This document shows, piece after piece, positions 8,739-19,099 of a DNA stretch of 31,354 nucleotides. The position numbers were made by a program, and so were the translations under genes. The notes under the pieces are model-generated. The model was not told the origin of the DNA. It saw only the letters and a program-made list of their open reading frames with translations, and ran no database searches. Position 1 is the stretch's first letter, and each line of letters starts with the position of its first letter. Source of the stretch: a virus (Duplodnaviria; Heunggongvirae; Uroviricota; Caudoviricetes); the IMG/VR virus record IMGVR_UViG_2802429225_000007, positions 1 through 31,354 of that record. One strand, 5' to 3'.

Positions 8739-8975
8739 ATGGCCGGGCAATCAGATTACCTGCCGCCCGGCTTACCACACAACCGCGCCAAATGGCCCCA
8801 GGAATACCAGCTTAAAGAGCACTACGACATGCGAGCGGCGGCGCTGATCCGCCAGCTCTTTGAGAAACGTATTCCGAGGGGAAGCGTGATTGAGCAAATC
8901 GGAATGACGCCGGATACGTACCGGGAATTTTTCAGAGAGCGTCTGAACTACTGGAGAGGGGTGATGGAGCAATGA
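8739..8975 (+). CDS. hypothetical nin-region protein
   Basis: 78-aa ORF tightly packed with neighbours. Confidence 0.45.
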   Translation: MAGQSDYLPPGLPHNRAKWPQEYQLKEHYDMRAAALIRQLFEKRIPRGSVIEQIGMTPDTYREFFRERLNYWRGVMEQ

Positions 8976-9283
8976 AATACAAACGGTGGGTTCGTGCGGA
9001 AGTCGTAATCATCAAACAATGTGCGGGCAGCATGACAGTTGAACGTATAGGGCAGCTTATTGGCAGAACCGGTGCAGCGGTACGCACAAAAGCGCGCGAG
9101 CTGAAAATCTGTATGTATCTGCGGGGTAATTATCACCAGTCAGCAAAATACTGCCAGGAGGATATCGAGCTGGCAAGGGAATTACATCAGTCGGGTATTA
9201 ATCGCCAGGATATCGCGGAAAAACTCGAAATGCCGATCGGTGCGGTGAATAAGTTTGTTTATTTTGAGCGGAGGATTTCATGA
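8972..9283 (+). CDS. hypothetical protein, possible HTH
   Basis: 103-aa ORF; overlapping start/stop with neighbours. Confidence 0.45.
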   Translation: MKYKRWVRAEVVIIKQCAGSMTVERIGQLIGRTGAAVRTKARELKICMYLRGNYHQSAKYCQEDIELARELHQSGINRQDIAEKLEMPIGAVNKFVYFERRIS

Positions 9284-9504
9284 AAGAACTTTTTCTGGCA
9301 TTTGTGCCCCGGTTTATTAATGACCAGATCGCACTGACTGATAATGGTGAACAATATGAAATTGCCTGCAGCATGGTGGATGTGAATCCGGGCGAACGGT
9401 ATGACGCGATGTGTGATCTGAAAATATTTACCTGGCTGGGTTGGGCCATTCCGTGTGGAGAACCAACCAATATTCGCCCGTTTGAGGGCAGGGAGGCTGT
9501 ATGA
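9280..9504 (+). CDS. hypothetical nin-region protein
   Basis: 74-aa ORF; ATGA overlap with the next ORF. Confidence 0.45.
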   Translation: MKELFLAFVPRFINDQIALTDNGEQYEIACSMVDVNPGERYDAMCDLKIFTWLGWAIPCGEPTNIRPFEGREAV

Positions 9505-9679
9505 GTGAAATTAATTATCAGGCACTTCGCAAATCGACAGAAATGACCAGCAAGATGAAAAATGAGTTAAAAATTTGTGGAACCACATTACTAGTGATAC
9601 AGACGCGCCATTATCCGTGATGGTGGATGAGCTGAAACGGGCGTGTGTTGCCGCTGGCATTCGTATCAAAGAAGAGTGA
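9501..9679 (+). pseudogene. small gene interrupted by a frameshift in an A5 run (9569-9573)
   Basis: ATG 9501 reads 39 codons to TGA 9618-9620; the -1 frame continues ...WNHITSDTDAPLSVMVDELKRACVAAGIRIKEE to 9679; adding one A fuses them into a 59-aa ORF. Confidence 0.35.
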
Positions 9680-9743
9680 GATGGTGATTTGGAATATCGG
9701 TAATTTTCATTGACGTGATTATAACCCTAGGTTACCATCCAAA

Positions 9744-9763
9744 TACTGTATATTTATACAGTA
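9744..9763 (+). promoter_or_regulatory. LexA (SOS) box overlapping the colicin-like gene promoter
   Basis: TACTGTATATTTATACAGTA, 19/20 to the CTGT-N8-ACAG consensus; candidate -35 TTGACG at 9710-9715 and -10 TACCAT at 9733-9738. Confidence 0.7.
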
Positions 9764-9820
9764 TTTGAAGAGGTGATTATCTAATATCTCTGGGAAATAA
9801 TTATTAAAAGGAAAGTTGAT

Positions 9821-10972
9821 ATGGCATGGACTGGATTTGGAGGTCAATGGAATAACGGTGTGCATTCTGGTGGTGATGATTCTGGCAGTATAGGCGGTGG
9901 AGGCATAAAACTCGACGGCAAAGGGAATCCTGTAGGTACTCGTGCGCCGACAGCCGAGGAGATCGCGTCACAATGGAATAGTTTTGGCGGTAGTCAGATT
10001 AAACCCAGTGATGTATCGAACATCAGGCCGGATGGTGGCGGTACTTATCAGGCTAACATTGCAGGTAATTACCATGTTGTAAGTTCTCAGGGTGCGAATA
10101 CCCCATTTGCTTCGGAACGTAGCAACGTTGCGGCAGGTTTTAGTGGCGGTGTGGGGCCAGCGCCTGGCGGGAGTGCTAACAATAGTGCGCCCAGCAATCC
10201 AAAGGCTGAGGCAGAGGCAAAGAAATGGATTGAAACAGTCAAGGCTGTTCGGGCTGGTAATATCCCCTACGGTTATGTTCTTAACGACGGCAAGGTAGGC
10301 GTAAACGTGCCTCAATATGTTGAACGCCGCAAAGGTCGTGGCGACACATATACCGTTCGGGGTAAAGATTTGTTTGTTGTTTCGCCTGAACTGACAAAAG
10401 CGTATCAGGACGGTCTTGCGGAACGTGCTGAGATTCTGGACGCCGTAAAATTTACGTCTGATTTCTATAAAGACCTTGCAGGTAAATTTGGACAGCATAA
10501 CGCGAACATCGCAAAGGAACTGGCGGAGGCTGCAAAAGGCAAGAAGATTCGTAACAGCAGGGATGCACTGGCGGCGGTGGATAAATTTAATAACCGACTG
10601 AGTAAAAAGTATGGTGCCAAAGACCTTGAGGCAGTTGCCAGGGCTTTGGAATCGGTTAACCGGGATGCAATGGCGAAGAATTTGTCTAAATTTGGTAAGG
10701 CATTTGGTGTCGCAAGTTATGCTGTAGATGCTTACAATGTTCTTTACGTTGAATTTCCGAAAGCTATTCGTACTAAAAACTATCGCCCAATGCTTGTTAA
10801 GTTGGAGGCAATTCTTCTTGGTGCTGATGCAGGTATTGTTGCTGCGTGGGCATTTAGTGCGCTTCTGGCAACGCCGATGGGTATTCTGACGTTTGCGCTT
10901 ATAATGGCATTGCTAAGTGCGATGGTTAATGAAAAACGCATTGAGGAACTGAATAAGTTCTTAGGGATTTAA
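9821..10972 (+). CDS. pore-forming colicin-like bacteriocin (channel-forming colicin C-terminal domain)
   Basis: Gly-rich N-terminus; C-terminal domain aligns by eye with colicin E1-type channel domain (AKGKKIRN, AIRTKNYRPMLVKLE, hydrophobic hairpin, ...KFLGI terminus); AAGGA RBS. Confidence 0.8.
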   Translation: MAWTGFGGQWNNGVHSGGDDSGSIGGGGIKLDGKGNPVGTRAPTAEEIASQWNSFGGSQIKPSDVSNIRPDGGGTYQANIAGNYHVVSSQGANTPFASERSNVAAGFSGGVGPAPGGSANNSAPSNPKAEAEAKKWIETVKAVRAGNIPYGYVLNDGKVGVNVPQYVERRKGRGDTYTVRGKDLFVVSPELTKAYQDGLAERAEILDAVKFTSDFYKDLAGKFGQHNANIAKELAEAAKGKKIRNSRDALAAVDKFNNRLSKKYGAKDLEAVARALESVNRDAMAKNLSKFGKAFGVASYAVDAYNVLYVEFPKAIRTKNYRPMLVKLEAILLGADAGIVAAWAFSALLATPMGILTFALIMALLSAMVNEKRIEELNKFLGI

Positions 10973-10999
10973 CCGTTATCAGTAGTAACCAGGGCCACG

Positions 11000-11344
11000 T
11001 CATGTGGCCTTTTTTGACAATTGAATATAAATAATAAACAGAAGGCCAATGGGAATTGAAAAAATAAAAAGCATACCGTGGTATAAACCCATTACCCCGC
11101 TTTTTAAACAGGTGTCTGTCCACGCCCCTGTTATCCATGATTCGTATGTTGTATATTTGAGAACGATATTTTCTACAGCTTTCTTTGCATATGGGAACAA
11201 GAAACAGCTAATAACAGCAAGCATAACCAAATACTCCCATATCCATAAATCACCTTCAGCTATGGCCTGATGCCACCTGAAAACTGTCATGGCGAGAAAT
11301 ACGCATCCGTACAGGATGTTGCTCAAATAATATCGAAATGTCAT
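11000..11344 (-). CDS. pore-forming-colicin immunity protein (E1/Ia-type), putative
   Basis: 114-aa protein with ~3 TM segments encoded convergently just downstream of the toxin gene, the canonical arrangement; AT-rich. Confidence 0.6.
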   Translation of the reverse strand: MTFRYYLSNILYGCVFLAMTVFRWHQAIAEGDLWIWEYLVMLAVISCFLFPYAKKAVENIVLKYTTYESWITGAWTDTCLKSGVMGLYHGMLFIFSIPIGLLFIIYIQLSKKAT

Positions 11345-11730
11345 CTATGTTCCTTAAGTGTAGAACTCGTCTAACTGTTTTAACCATCCAGAACTCTATG
11401 AATAACATAACATACCAGTCGTTACGAGAGTAAAAGAAAACAATTGGTGACGTTTCTGTATCCGAAATATATCAAATAATAGATATTAAGAATTGTTTCC
11501 TAATATCTATTTGAGGTGTTTATGGATAATATCTATGACGACGAATTGTTCGCAGGGTTTATTGCAAGAGGGGAGCTACATAGTGTTGAGTACCCACTGA
11601 ATGTAGAGAATGCGGACACAGGCTGTTTGAAGTTGATTGAATTGACTTAGAAAAAGCCCGGGGCTATAGTTTCCGCGCAGCCGCAAAATCGGTTGCCGGG
11701 ATTGGCGTCCCGGATATCTAAGTGACGCAT

Positions 11731-11751
11731 AGCCGCGTTAGCGGTTTTTTT
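11731..11751 (+). terminator. candidate intrinsic terminator
   Basis: short GC hairpin (GCCGC-gtta-GCGGT) followed by T7 run. Confidence 0.3.
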
Positions 11752-11912
11752 ATGTGTTAGGCACGGCCACATTCGCATTATGGTGGGCTGTGTGGGGGCT
11801 TCTGCGGAAGCGCCGGGTTCACTTAGCCGGTTACGCCAACCCTGCACAGTTCACCACCAGATGATTGGCGTCGCTGGTGGTGATGAAAAAAACACTAAGT
11901 GAGGCCACTGCG

Positions 11913-12701
11913 ATGACAGTCCAAATATCTGCGGAATCCCTTTCTCCGCTACATCATAACCAACTTCCCGTCATCACTACTGAATTGCTTGCCAGTTTGT
12001 ATGGCACGGAAGTAAATGGTATCCAGCAAAACTTCAAGCGCAACATCGCCAGATTTGTCGTAGGAAAGCATTTTTTTAAGCTGGAAGGTAATGAATTACG
12101 CGACTTCAAAAACAGACTGACAGATAGTCAGTCAGTTGCTAAACATACCCGATCCCTCATTCTCTGGACAGAACGCGGCGCAGCTCGCCATGCCAAAATG
12201 CTGGAAACAGAACAGGCCTGGGAAGTTTTCGAAAAGCTGGAAGATTGTTATTTTAGCCAGCGTCCAGAGAGGCGGAGTACAACCACCGATGACCGCACCC
12301 CCTTACGTGATGCCGTTAATATGCTGGTCGGCAAGAAAGGCATGATGTATCCCGATGCTTATACCATGATTCATCAACGCTTCGCCGTCTCTCACATAGA
12401 ACAACTGTCACAGGCGCAAATGTTAGAGGCGATTGAATACATCCACTGCCTGCTGCTCGATGAAAATCAGCCAACTATTCCGGATTTTTCTTTTATCACC
12501 ACTATCAAAAATGGAAAAGTGACCAGGATGCGCCATGTTGCCAAAGGCGAACATCTGATGACTTTTGACGCTTTCAAAGAGATCGCTGAGCGGGCAGGGT
12601 ATCTGGTGATCCACAGCGACAATCTGCGAAGTATGACACTGGATAAATTGATGCTAATGGGGAAAAAGTCGGCTGTATCCTTTGCTGATTCAGCATTTTG
12701 A
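11913..12701 (+). CDS. phage antirepressor (ORF6N-domain, Ant-like), putative
   Basis: GAGG RBS before ATG 11913 (track start 11865 is probably upstream of the true start); N-terminal region resembles antirepressor ORF6N domain. Confidence 0.5.
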   Translation: MTVQISAESLSPLHHNQLPVITTELLASLYGTEVNGIQQNFKRNIARFVVGKHFFKLEGNELRDFKNRLTDSQSVAKHTRSLILWTERGAARHAKMLETEQAWEVFEKLEDCYFSQRPERRSTTTDDRTPLRDAVNMLVGKKGMMYPDAYTMIHQRFAVSHIEQLSQAQMLEAIEYIHCLLLDENQPTIPDFSFITTIKNGKVTRMRHVAKGEHLMTFDAFKEIAERAGYLVIHSDNLRSMTLDKLMLMGKKSAVSFADSAF

Positions 12702-12879
12702 CAGGTTGAATGTTTGGCGCGGTTATACTCTATTTGCGCTTAAAAAGGTATTTGACCACGACCAGCACGAGACCGAATACCTCTGTCAAAGTACCGCCCA
12801 TATAAAACAGTTACATATGCACTTGATGACTAAGCTGGCACCAGGTTAACACCAGGCGCCAGCTTGAAGGAGACTTCAG

Positions 12880-13803
12880 TTATTGGTTTCTGAGGAACGC
12901 GATTCTTGAAAGGGTCATTTGCGTCTGGCAGTCGACCATTTTCTTGACTTCAGCATCTGTTCCCTGCATTGAAACTTTACCGCACATTGCGTCCTTCGTT
13001 TTGATCCACTGGCGCTGAGAAGGCAGCAACTCTTTTTTCTTCGCCGGGGTTAACTTGCTCCAGACGGTACTCAAATCAGAGTCAGCATTCGCAAATGCCA
13101 TTCGGGACTGATCAAGGCTTTCAGATTTTTGCGGCTGAAGTTGTGCCTGTCTCTCTTTTTGCTTCTCCGCCTCATACCTGGCCTGTTCCTGTGCCCTGAG
13201 TTGCACCTGTTGTTCCGCTTCAATTTGGCTCTGTTGGGCATCCTTAGCCTGCTGGATTTTCTGCTGCTCAACGATCGGGGTGATAATGGAAAGCGATGTC
13301 AGTAAAGCGGCGCCCACTGATATCGGATTATCAGTAGAGGTTTTTACAAAAACGTTTTTCTGATCGTCGGTCGCCTGCACGGTGTAGGTGATACGTTTTG
13401 AAAAGGCGTTTGCGTTGTTCTCCAAAAACAGGTTTTCCATTTGCTTGTCGAGATTACGATTAAAATTCTTTCTGTAAGCATCTGAAAGCTGGACGTACTC
13501 GTTCGCAGGTAGAGTCATCGTCACGGTCCCTTCACAAGTTTTCATTGTGCTGCCCGTGTCACTTGATGTTGTGGAGATTTCAGAGACGGCTAGTTTGATC
13601 TTGTCCAGTGTGCTTCGTTTGGTCTGATTAGTGACATCAGGGTATTTATCGACCTGTTCAGATAGTCCTTCATAAGCAGATTTTTTTAATAAATCCATAA
13701 GCGCTGACTGGGTTATTTCCGAAGAACAACCGATCACATCTTTTTTGTTATCACAGCCTGTAAGGGCAATGGCGAGTAAGAGTACTGAGTATTTTAATCT
13801 CAT
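12880..13803 (-). CDS. lipoprotein with Gln/Glu-rich coiled-coil segment (cargo/moron)
   Basis: signal peptide with lipobox LTGC (MRLKYSVLLLAIALTGC); 307 aa. Confidence 0.65.
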   Translation of the reverse strand: MRLKYSVLLLAIALTGCDNKKDVIGCSSEITQSALMDLLKKSAYEGLSEQVDKYPDVTNQTKRSTLDKIKLAVSEISTTSSDTGSTMKTCEGTVTMTLPANEYVQLSDAYRKNFNRNLDKQMENLFLENNANAFSKRITYTVQATDDQKNVFVKTSTDNPISVGAALLTSLSIITPIVEQQKIQQAKDAQQSQIEAEQQVQLRAQEQARYEAEKQKERQAQLQPQKSESLDQSRMAFANADSDLSTVWSKLTPAKKKELLPSQRQWIKTKDAMCGKVSMQGTDAEVKKMVDCQTQMTLSRIAFLRNQ

Positions 13804-14256
13804 GAATTCCCTTTAGAGTAAGGATTGGTTTTTAAGACGCGGTCTGTAATCAGTTCCGAGAGCTACAGTAAACAACGCTGAGCACTGAACGCATCACAGG
13901 CAAGGTAAAAGGTGATATCGGCAAAGGCTGTGAAACCTTTAATTCAACGGATGGGAACGGTATGCACAGGATCCTGTAACGACGCTCCCAAAACCGGAAA
14001 CCTGTAAGGCATGTTTTCGCTGCTGAACTTAATATACGAACCTGCACTATCATGAACATATTTTATATCGTTATAGCCCGAGTGATTGTGCCCGGCAATA
14101 GATAGTGTCCTGGAGGAACTATTTCTACTGTAAAAGGAAGATATTTAATTTCGGTGTGGGATTATTCCCTGTTGTTAATAACCATGGCTGTATATGGCAC
14201 TGAGCAGGCATTGGCTTTTTTAAAATTTAATTGCGTTATTAATATCACTTAATTTT

Positions 14257-14817
14257 TTATTTTAAAGTACAGCCTGCCCGAAAGGCACTGCTAATTTCAA
14301 CATATTCCGCTCTGGCCGCACCTCTAAGTTTCTGAGACTCACGTTCAAAACTCGCCAAATCTTCCTTACATTTTGCCGAAGTAGACTGGAATCCTTTCCC
14401 GCACATCTGAAATGTGACTGTCGGATCCGCAAATCGGGTACGCTGGGTGTAAGCCTGGCAAACAGCGGATGCCCTCGCTTGTTTTTGTCGTGGGCTTAAC
14501 GGGCGTGCTGGTGTGGCCTGTTCTGCCTTCTCCATTTTCAGGTGGTAGCAGCTTAAATTACGAGAGGCGATCACCTTTTTAATAGCTTGGGCGCGGCGAT
14601 AATTTTCATTAAATTCAGGATGAGATGATGGATTAAGGTTGAGCAATGGCTCTATATTATCTTCTGCCTGGCAAAGCTGTGAATCGGTGTACTGCGCAAG
14701 TTTTGCCGCCTCGATTGCAGCCGGATCTGGTTGTGAATTTTTTTGGGTATGGCTTACACATCCGGACAGCGTAAATCCAGCGGTCAGTGCTAAGATGATT
14801 TTTGATATTCCGTTCAT
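14257..14817 (-). CDS. lipoprotein (cargo/moron)
   Basis: signal peptide with lipobox LSGC (MNGISKIILALTAGFTLSGC); 186 aa. Confidence 0.65.
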   Translation of the reverse strand: MNGISKIILALTAGFTLSGCVSHTQKNSQPDPAAIEAAKLAQYTDSQLCQAEDNIEPLLNLNPSSHPEFNENYRRAQAIKKVIASRNLSCYHLKMEKAEQATPARPLSPRQKQARASAVCQAYTQRTRFADPTVTFQMCGKGFQSTSAKCKEDLASFERESQKLRGAARAEYVEISSAFRAGCTLK

Positions 14818-14948
14818 TTTCCATTCCTGTTTCGATGTTTTGGTGGTGCACTTTCCCCACTCGGATAAGATTATGCATTCGGATTCGAGTGATGAGGCAA
14901 CGCCATATAGGCGATGGCAGCCAGCACGATGGTGATTAAAATATTTAA

Positions 14949-16184
14949 TCAGAATTTCCGTTCTTTCCAGCGTTTAACCAACGCGGCCATGTTCAGCGGC
15001 CATAATTTAGGCTCAATCACTTTGCCTTCAAACATCGCGCCGAGCTCAATACCTGGGGCAAAATGTACGGTCATTGTTTCAGGGTTGACGGCCATCAGCT
15101 CTGCGTCTAGTAAGTCGTGTATCGTTGGAGTCAACAACAGGCCATTATCAGCGCTAAAATTGCCTGAGGTAGCTGGCTCAATGTGCGCCGCTTGCAATCG
15201 TTCGCCGTTCTGCCAGCCAGTCACCGCGCAACGGCCAGCAAAATTATTCCATACCCATTCAACAAACTGCATATGCGCCGTCGCGTCGCGCTGCTCAACG
15301 ATGCGCTGCGCGGTTCGGGTACTGTGGAGTTTGACAGGTTGGCCAAGTGCGGGCGCGGGTTTCTCTTCCTCCACGACGACCACTACTTCCTGCGACATGA
15401 TGATTCGATCATCGGCTACCAGTTCCGGAACAACGTCGGCCAGCTTCTCGGCTTCTCGGATGATTTGCTTTTCTTCCTGCTCATCCAGGTACCGCTGCAC
15501 CAGTTCAATGGTCGTGGTGGCTTCATGCTGGTGTTTGTGGATATAAAGCTCAACATCACGACGCTGGCTGGCTGGAATGTGTTTTGCCAGAAAATCCTGT
15601 AGGACGCGATTATCCAGCTTTGTCGTAACTTTTGATGTCATGCTCACAGAATCATACCGTTTCGGTGTTTCCATCTGCGTTGATTGCAGGCCTGGTAATT
15701 CGGTGTTGATTTGAGCGGAAACCTTGCGCGGGATGATTGTCGGCGTAAATGCTGGCGTGCTGGCCTGGGACGTGCCACGGCGACGGGCATTCTCCCAAAG
15801 GGCTTCTGTTTCAGGGTTTTTGCGTGCGCCTGGCTTTTGCATAGGCATAGTGCGAATCAGCGCTTCCCAGCCCATATTGACCTTCTGTTTGGCCTCGCGG
15901 CGTTTATCGGCCAGCGTAGGTTTTGATGGTCGTTTTTTGGAGAGCGCTTTCTCTGGTTTTAACTTGATGCCGCGCGATAAACCATTTATCAGCGTTGGAT
16001 GCACTGATAAGGCTTTGGCCAATTGCAAACCGTTTAAATTGCTGCCATCTGTATAAGCGTACATAAACAAATCCGCCCAGCCATCATGTTGAGGGGTCAT
16101 ACCCACGCTGGTTAAGGCTGCGCGAATCTCTTTTTTGCGAGCTTTGTCCAAGTTAAATTTTTGGGTTTTATTTCGCTTAGTCAT
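14949..16184 (-). CDS. HNH-endonuclease-domain protein with basic N-terminal region
   Basis: C-terminal CAVTGW...AAHIEP...NGLLLTPTIHDLLD resembles an HNH nuclease motif; 411 aa. Confidence 0.55.
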   Translation of the reverse strand: MTKRNKTQKFNLDKARKKEIRAALTSVGMTPQHDGWADLFMYAYTDGSNLNGLQLAKALSVHPTLINGLSRGIKLKPEKALSKKRPSKPTLADKRREAKQKVNMGWEALIRTMPMQKPGARKNPETEALWENARRRGTSQASTPAFTPTIIPRKVSAQINTELPGLQSTQMETPKRYDSVSMTSKVTTKLDNRVLQDFLAKHIPASQRRDVELYIHKHQHEATTTIELVQRYLDEQEEKQIIREAEKLADVVPELVADDRIIMSQEVVVVVEEEKPAPALGQPVKLHSTRTAQRIVEQRDATAHMQFVEWVWNNFAGRCAVTGWQNGERLQAAHIEPATSGNFSADNGLLLTPTIHDLLDAELMAVNPETMTVHFAPGIELGAMFEGKVIEPKLWPLNMAALVKRWKERKF

Positions 16185-16295
16185 TTCAGTTCAGCACACT
16201 AATAATGGTAACCGTGACCGCGGCAAACACGATCCCCGAAATATGCATTACTGCAGTATATTGGCTACGATCTAAAATCCAGTCTCATTCCGAAA

Positions 16296-17120
<825 letters not shown>

Positions 17121-17185
17121 TCAATTGACAACTTATAGTTCCCACTAGTTAGCATTAAGATTTTTACAATGAGGAATAATCAATG

Positions 17186-17242
17186 TCCGCTCCTGGCACA
17201 GAGTGGACGAACAACTGAAGACCCGCTGTGAGCGAGAAACAG
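17186..17242 (+). repeat. ~60-bp palindromic intergenic element, copy A (most diverged)
   Basis: aligns with copies B and C, core CTGAAG-N-CCGCTGTGAGCGAG. Confidence 0.55.
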
Positions 17243-17395
17243 ACATCACAACTCACAAGGATTATACGCAGTTTGTTATCCAAACATACGGGTGCCAAGT
17301 GTTATAATCCGGCACTAACAGCATGATGCTTGGAAGTGCATTTAAATGTAAAATGATAGTGTACTCTGACTGAAGCCTGGTAAAAAGGAACTGAT

Positions 17396-18763
17396 ATGTA
17401 CAACAACCTCTATGCCCTCACAGAAAGCCTTTTCTGGGTTGATCGACTTTTAGATCAGGAATATGAAAATATTGGATTGAATGAATTGCTAATTGAGTTA
17501 GATGAATATAATAAAAGAATAGATTCACTGATTATCGAGCAAGCAAATTCTGTACAGGAGTCTCGGCTAAATGTTTACATGGCGGGAAATCGTAATATTG
17601 AAAGGTATAAGAGTGGACTGTTTTCAATGGACAGAGTCATTCTTGATGATGTTCTGTATTCATTGAGCCTACGATACAGAGTGAGTCTAACAGAAAATGC
17701 ATTTGAAAAAATTATTGTAAGCGATAGAAAAGAGAAGGTTGAACATCTCAGGAAGGAAATTGCTAGATTTATCAGGTTTGCTAAAGAAAACTTTGATCTT
17801 ATCCGTGGTGAGTTTATCGTTTTTGTACGAAGCGAATCTTCTATTAAAGATTCGGAGAGGGGCAATGGAATTTTAGACGATAACTCTGATGCTAATTTTA
17901 TATATCGATATCTCCCTCCTAATATTGCCCGTCTTTATGAAAATAGACTATCCGTAAAGAATATAGAACGTCTAGGTAACACAAATAAAATTCGGTTATT
18001 AAACAAAAATGTTTTATCGAATGAAATTATGTTGGAAATTAAAGACTGTGAAAGTTTATATACAAATGGATATATGTATCAACATATAAAAAATGCCATT
18101 GATAATGATGATGGCTCCATATCTATGGAGCTTGTCATGGGAAATCATAGCGGAAAAAAAAGTTATGAACGGTGGGTGCAGGGAGCAAAAAACCGTACGG
18201 TTCTCTTTCATTATAAAAACCTTATTACTGACCTTAACCAAGCGCATTCATGTAGAGCATCCCTGGGTGCATATTGCCCGTTTCATGGAGAGATTCTTCG
18301 TAAACTTGATCAAAAGAATGAAGTTCAGAGGGTTAAACTCTCTATAGACGTTCCATTCTTAGAGGGACTGACTCCAAGTGAACTCTACAAAATTAGAACT
18401 GACTACGAGCCGAGTTTTAATTCTTTCCGCTCTGTACTACGTGAAGCTGCGTATGATATAGAAGCAGAAAGTGATTCATATAAGAGACAACTAATAAATC
18501 AACATTTTGTCGAGCGGGTGTGGGATGAAGGATTGACAGATATTGAGCAAAAAATACAAGCCTATAAGCGGAAGAGTAAAAAAGAACTTTTTCTTAACAG
18601 TGTGCCTTCATTGATAGGTTTTATTGGTGCACCAAATCCAGTGTCGTTGGCTACAGGAGCTTTTACGATTCTAAAAGATGTCTTTAATATTACAAGCCAT
18701 TCTTCAGAAATAAAGAGCCACCCTTCATATTTCCTTCTCATGATGTCAAAAGCCAAAAAATAA
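17396..18763 (+). CDS. hypothetical protein, AT-rich cargo gene (candidate defence/abortive-infection protein)
   Basis: 455-aa ORF with AAGGA RBS; strongly AT-rich relative to the prophage backbone; no recognised domain, one weak Rx4H motif (NRTVLFH). Confidence 0.6.
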   Translation: MYNNLYALTESLFWVDRLLDQEYENIGLNELLIELDEYNKRIDSLIIEQANSVQESRLNVYMAGNRNIERYKSGLFSMDRVILDDVLYSLSLRYRVSLTENAFEKIIVSDRKEKVEHLRKEIARFIRFAKENFDLIRGEFIVFVRSESSIKDSERGNGILDDNSDANFIYRYLPPNIARLYENRLSVKNIERLGNTNKIRLLNKNVLSNEIMLEIKDCESLYTNGYMYQHIKNAIDNDDGSISMELVMGNHSGKKSYERWVQGAKNRTVLFHYKNLITDLNQAHSCRASLGAYCPFHGEILRKLDQKNEVQRVKLSIDVPFLEGLTPSELYKIRTDYEPSFNSFRSVLREAAYDIEAESDSYKRQLINQHFVERVWDEGLTDIEQKIQAYKRKSKKELFLNSVPSLIGFIGAPNPVSLATGAFTILKDVFNITSHSSEIKSHPSYFLLMMSKAKK

Positions 18764-18890
18764 ACCTTATGACTGAGGCAGTAGAAAATAAAGTGAAAAT
18801 ATATTCACTTAAGAAAAAAAGTTCTAAAGGGACATAATTAGATTAACCCAGTGACCTGTTCCCCTTGAATCAACATAGGCTGTTGTTAGC

Positions 18891-18957
18891 TACTTCCGCT
18901 TCTGACACGAAGCGGACAAAAAACTGAAGGTCCGCTGTGAGCGAGGAGCGGAAGTTG
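18891..18957 (+). repeat. ~60-bp palindromic intergenic element, copy B
   Basis: CTTCCGC...GCGGAAG terminal inverted repeat, internal hairpin CCGCTTC-tgacac-GAAGCGG, 3' core CCGCTGTGAGCGAGGAGCGGAAGTT shared with copy C. Confidence 0.6.
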
Positions 18958-19099
18958 ATTTTATTGAGAGTAAAACAGATCTATAGTAAATGGTCTTGTT
19001 ATGTAGGGGATTTACGATAATTTTACTACCAAGGTCGTTAAAAATTCATATGAAATATCAACGATAGTGACCTATTTTTCATAAGGCCACTATATGAAT

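Noticed and set aside
11647-11847. Minus-strand ORF across the structured region upstream of ant
   Set aside because: Runs through hairpin/terminator sequence, has no RBS and a GC-rich low-complexity translation
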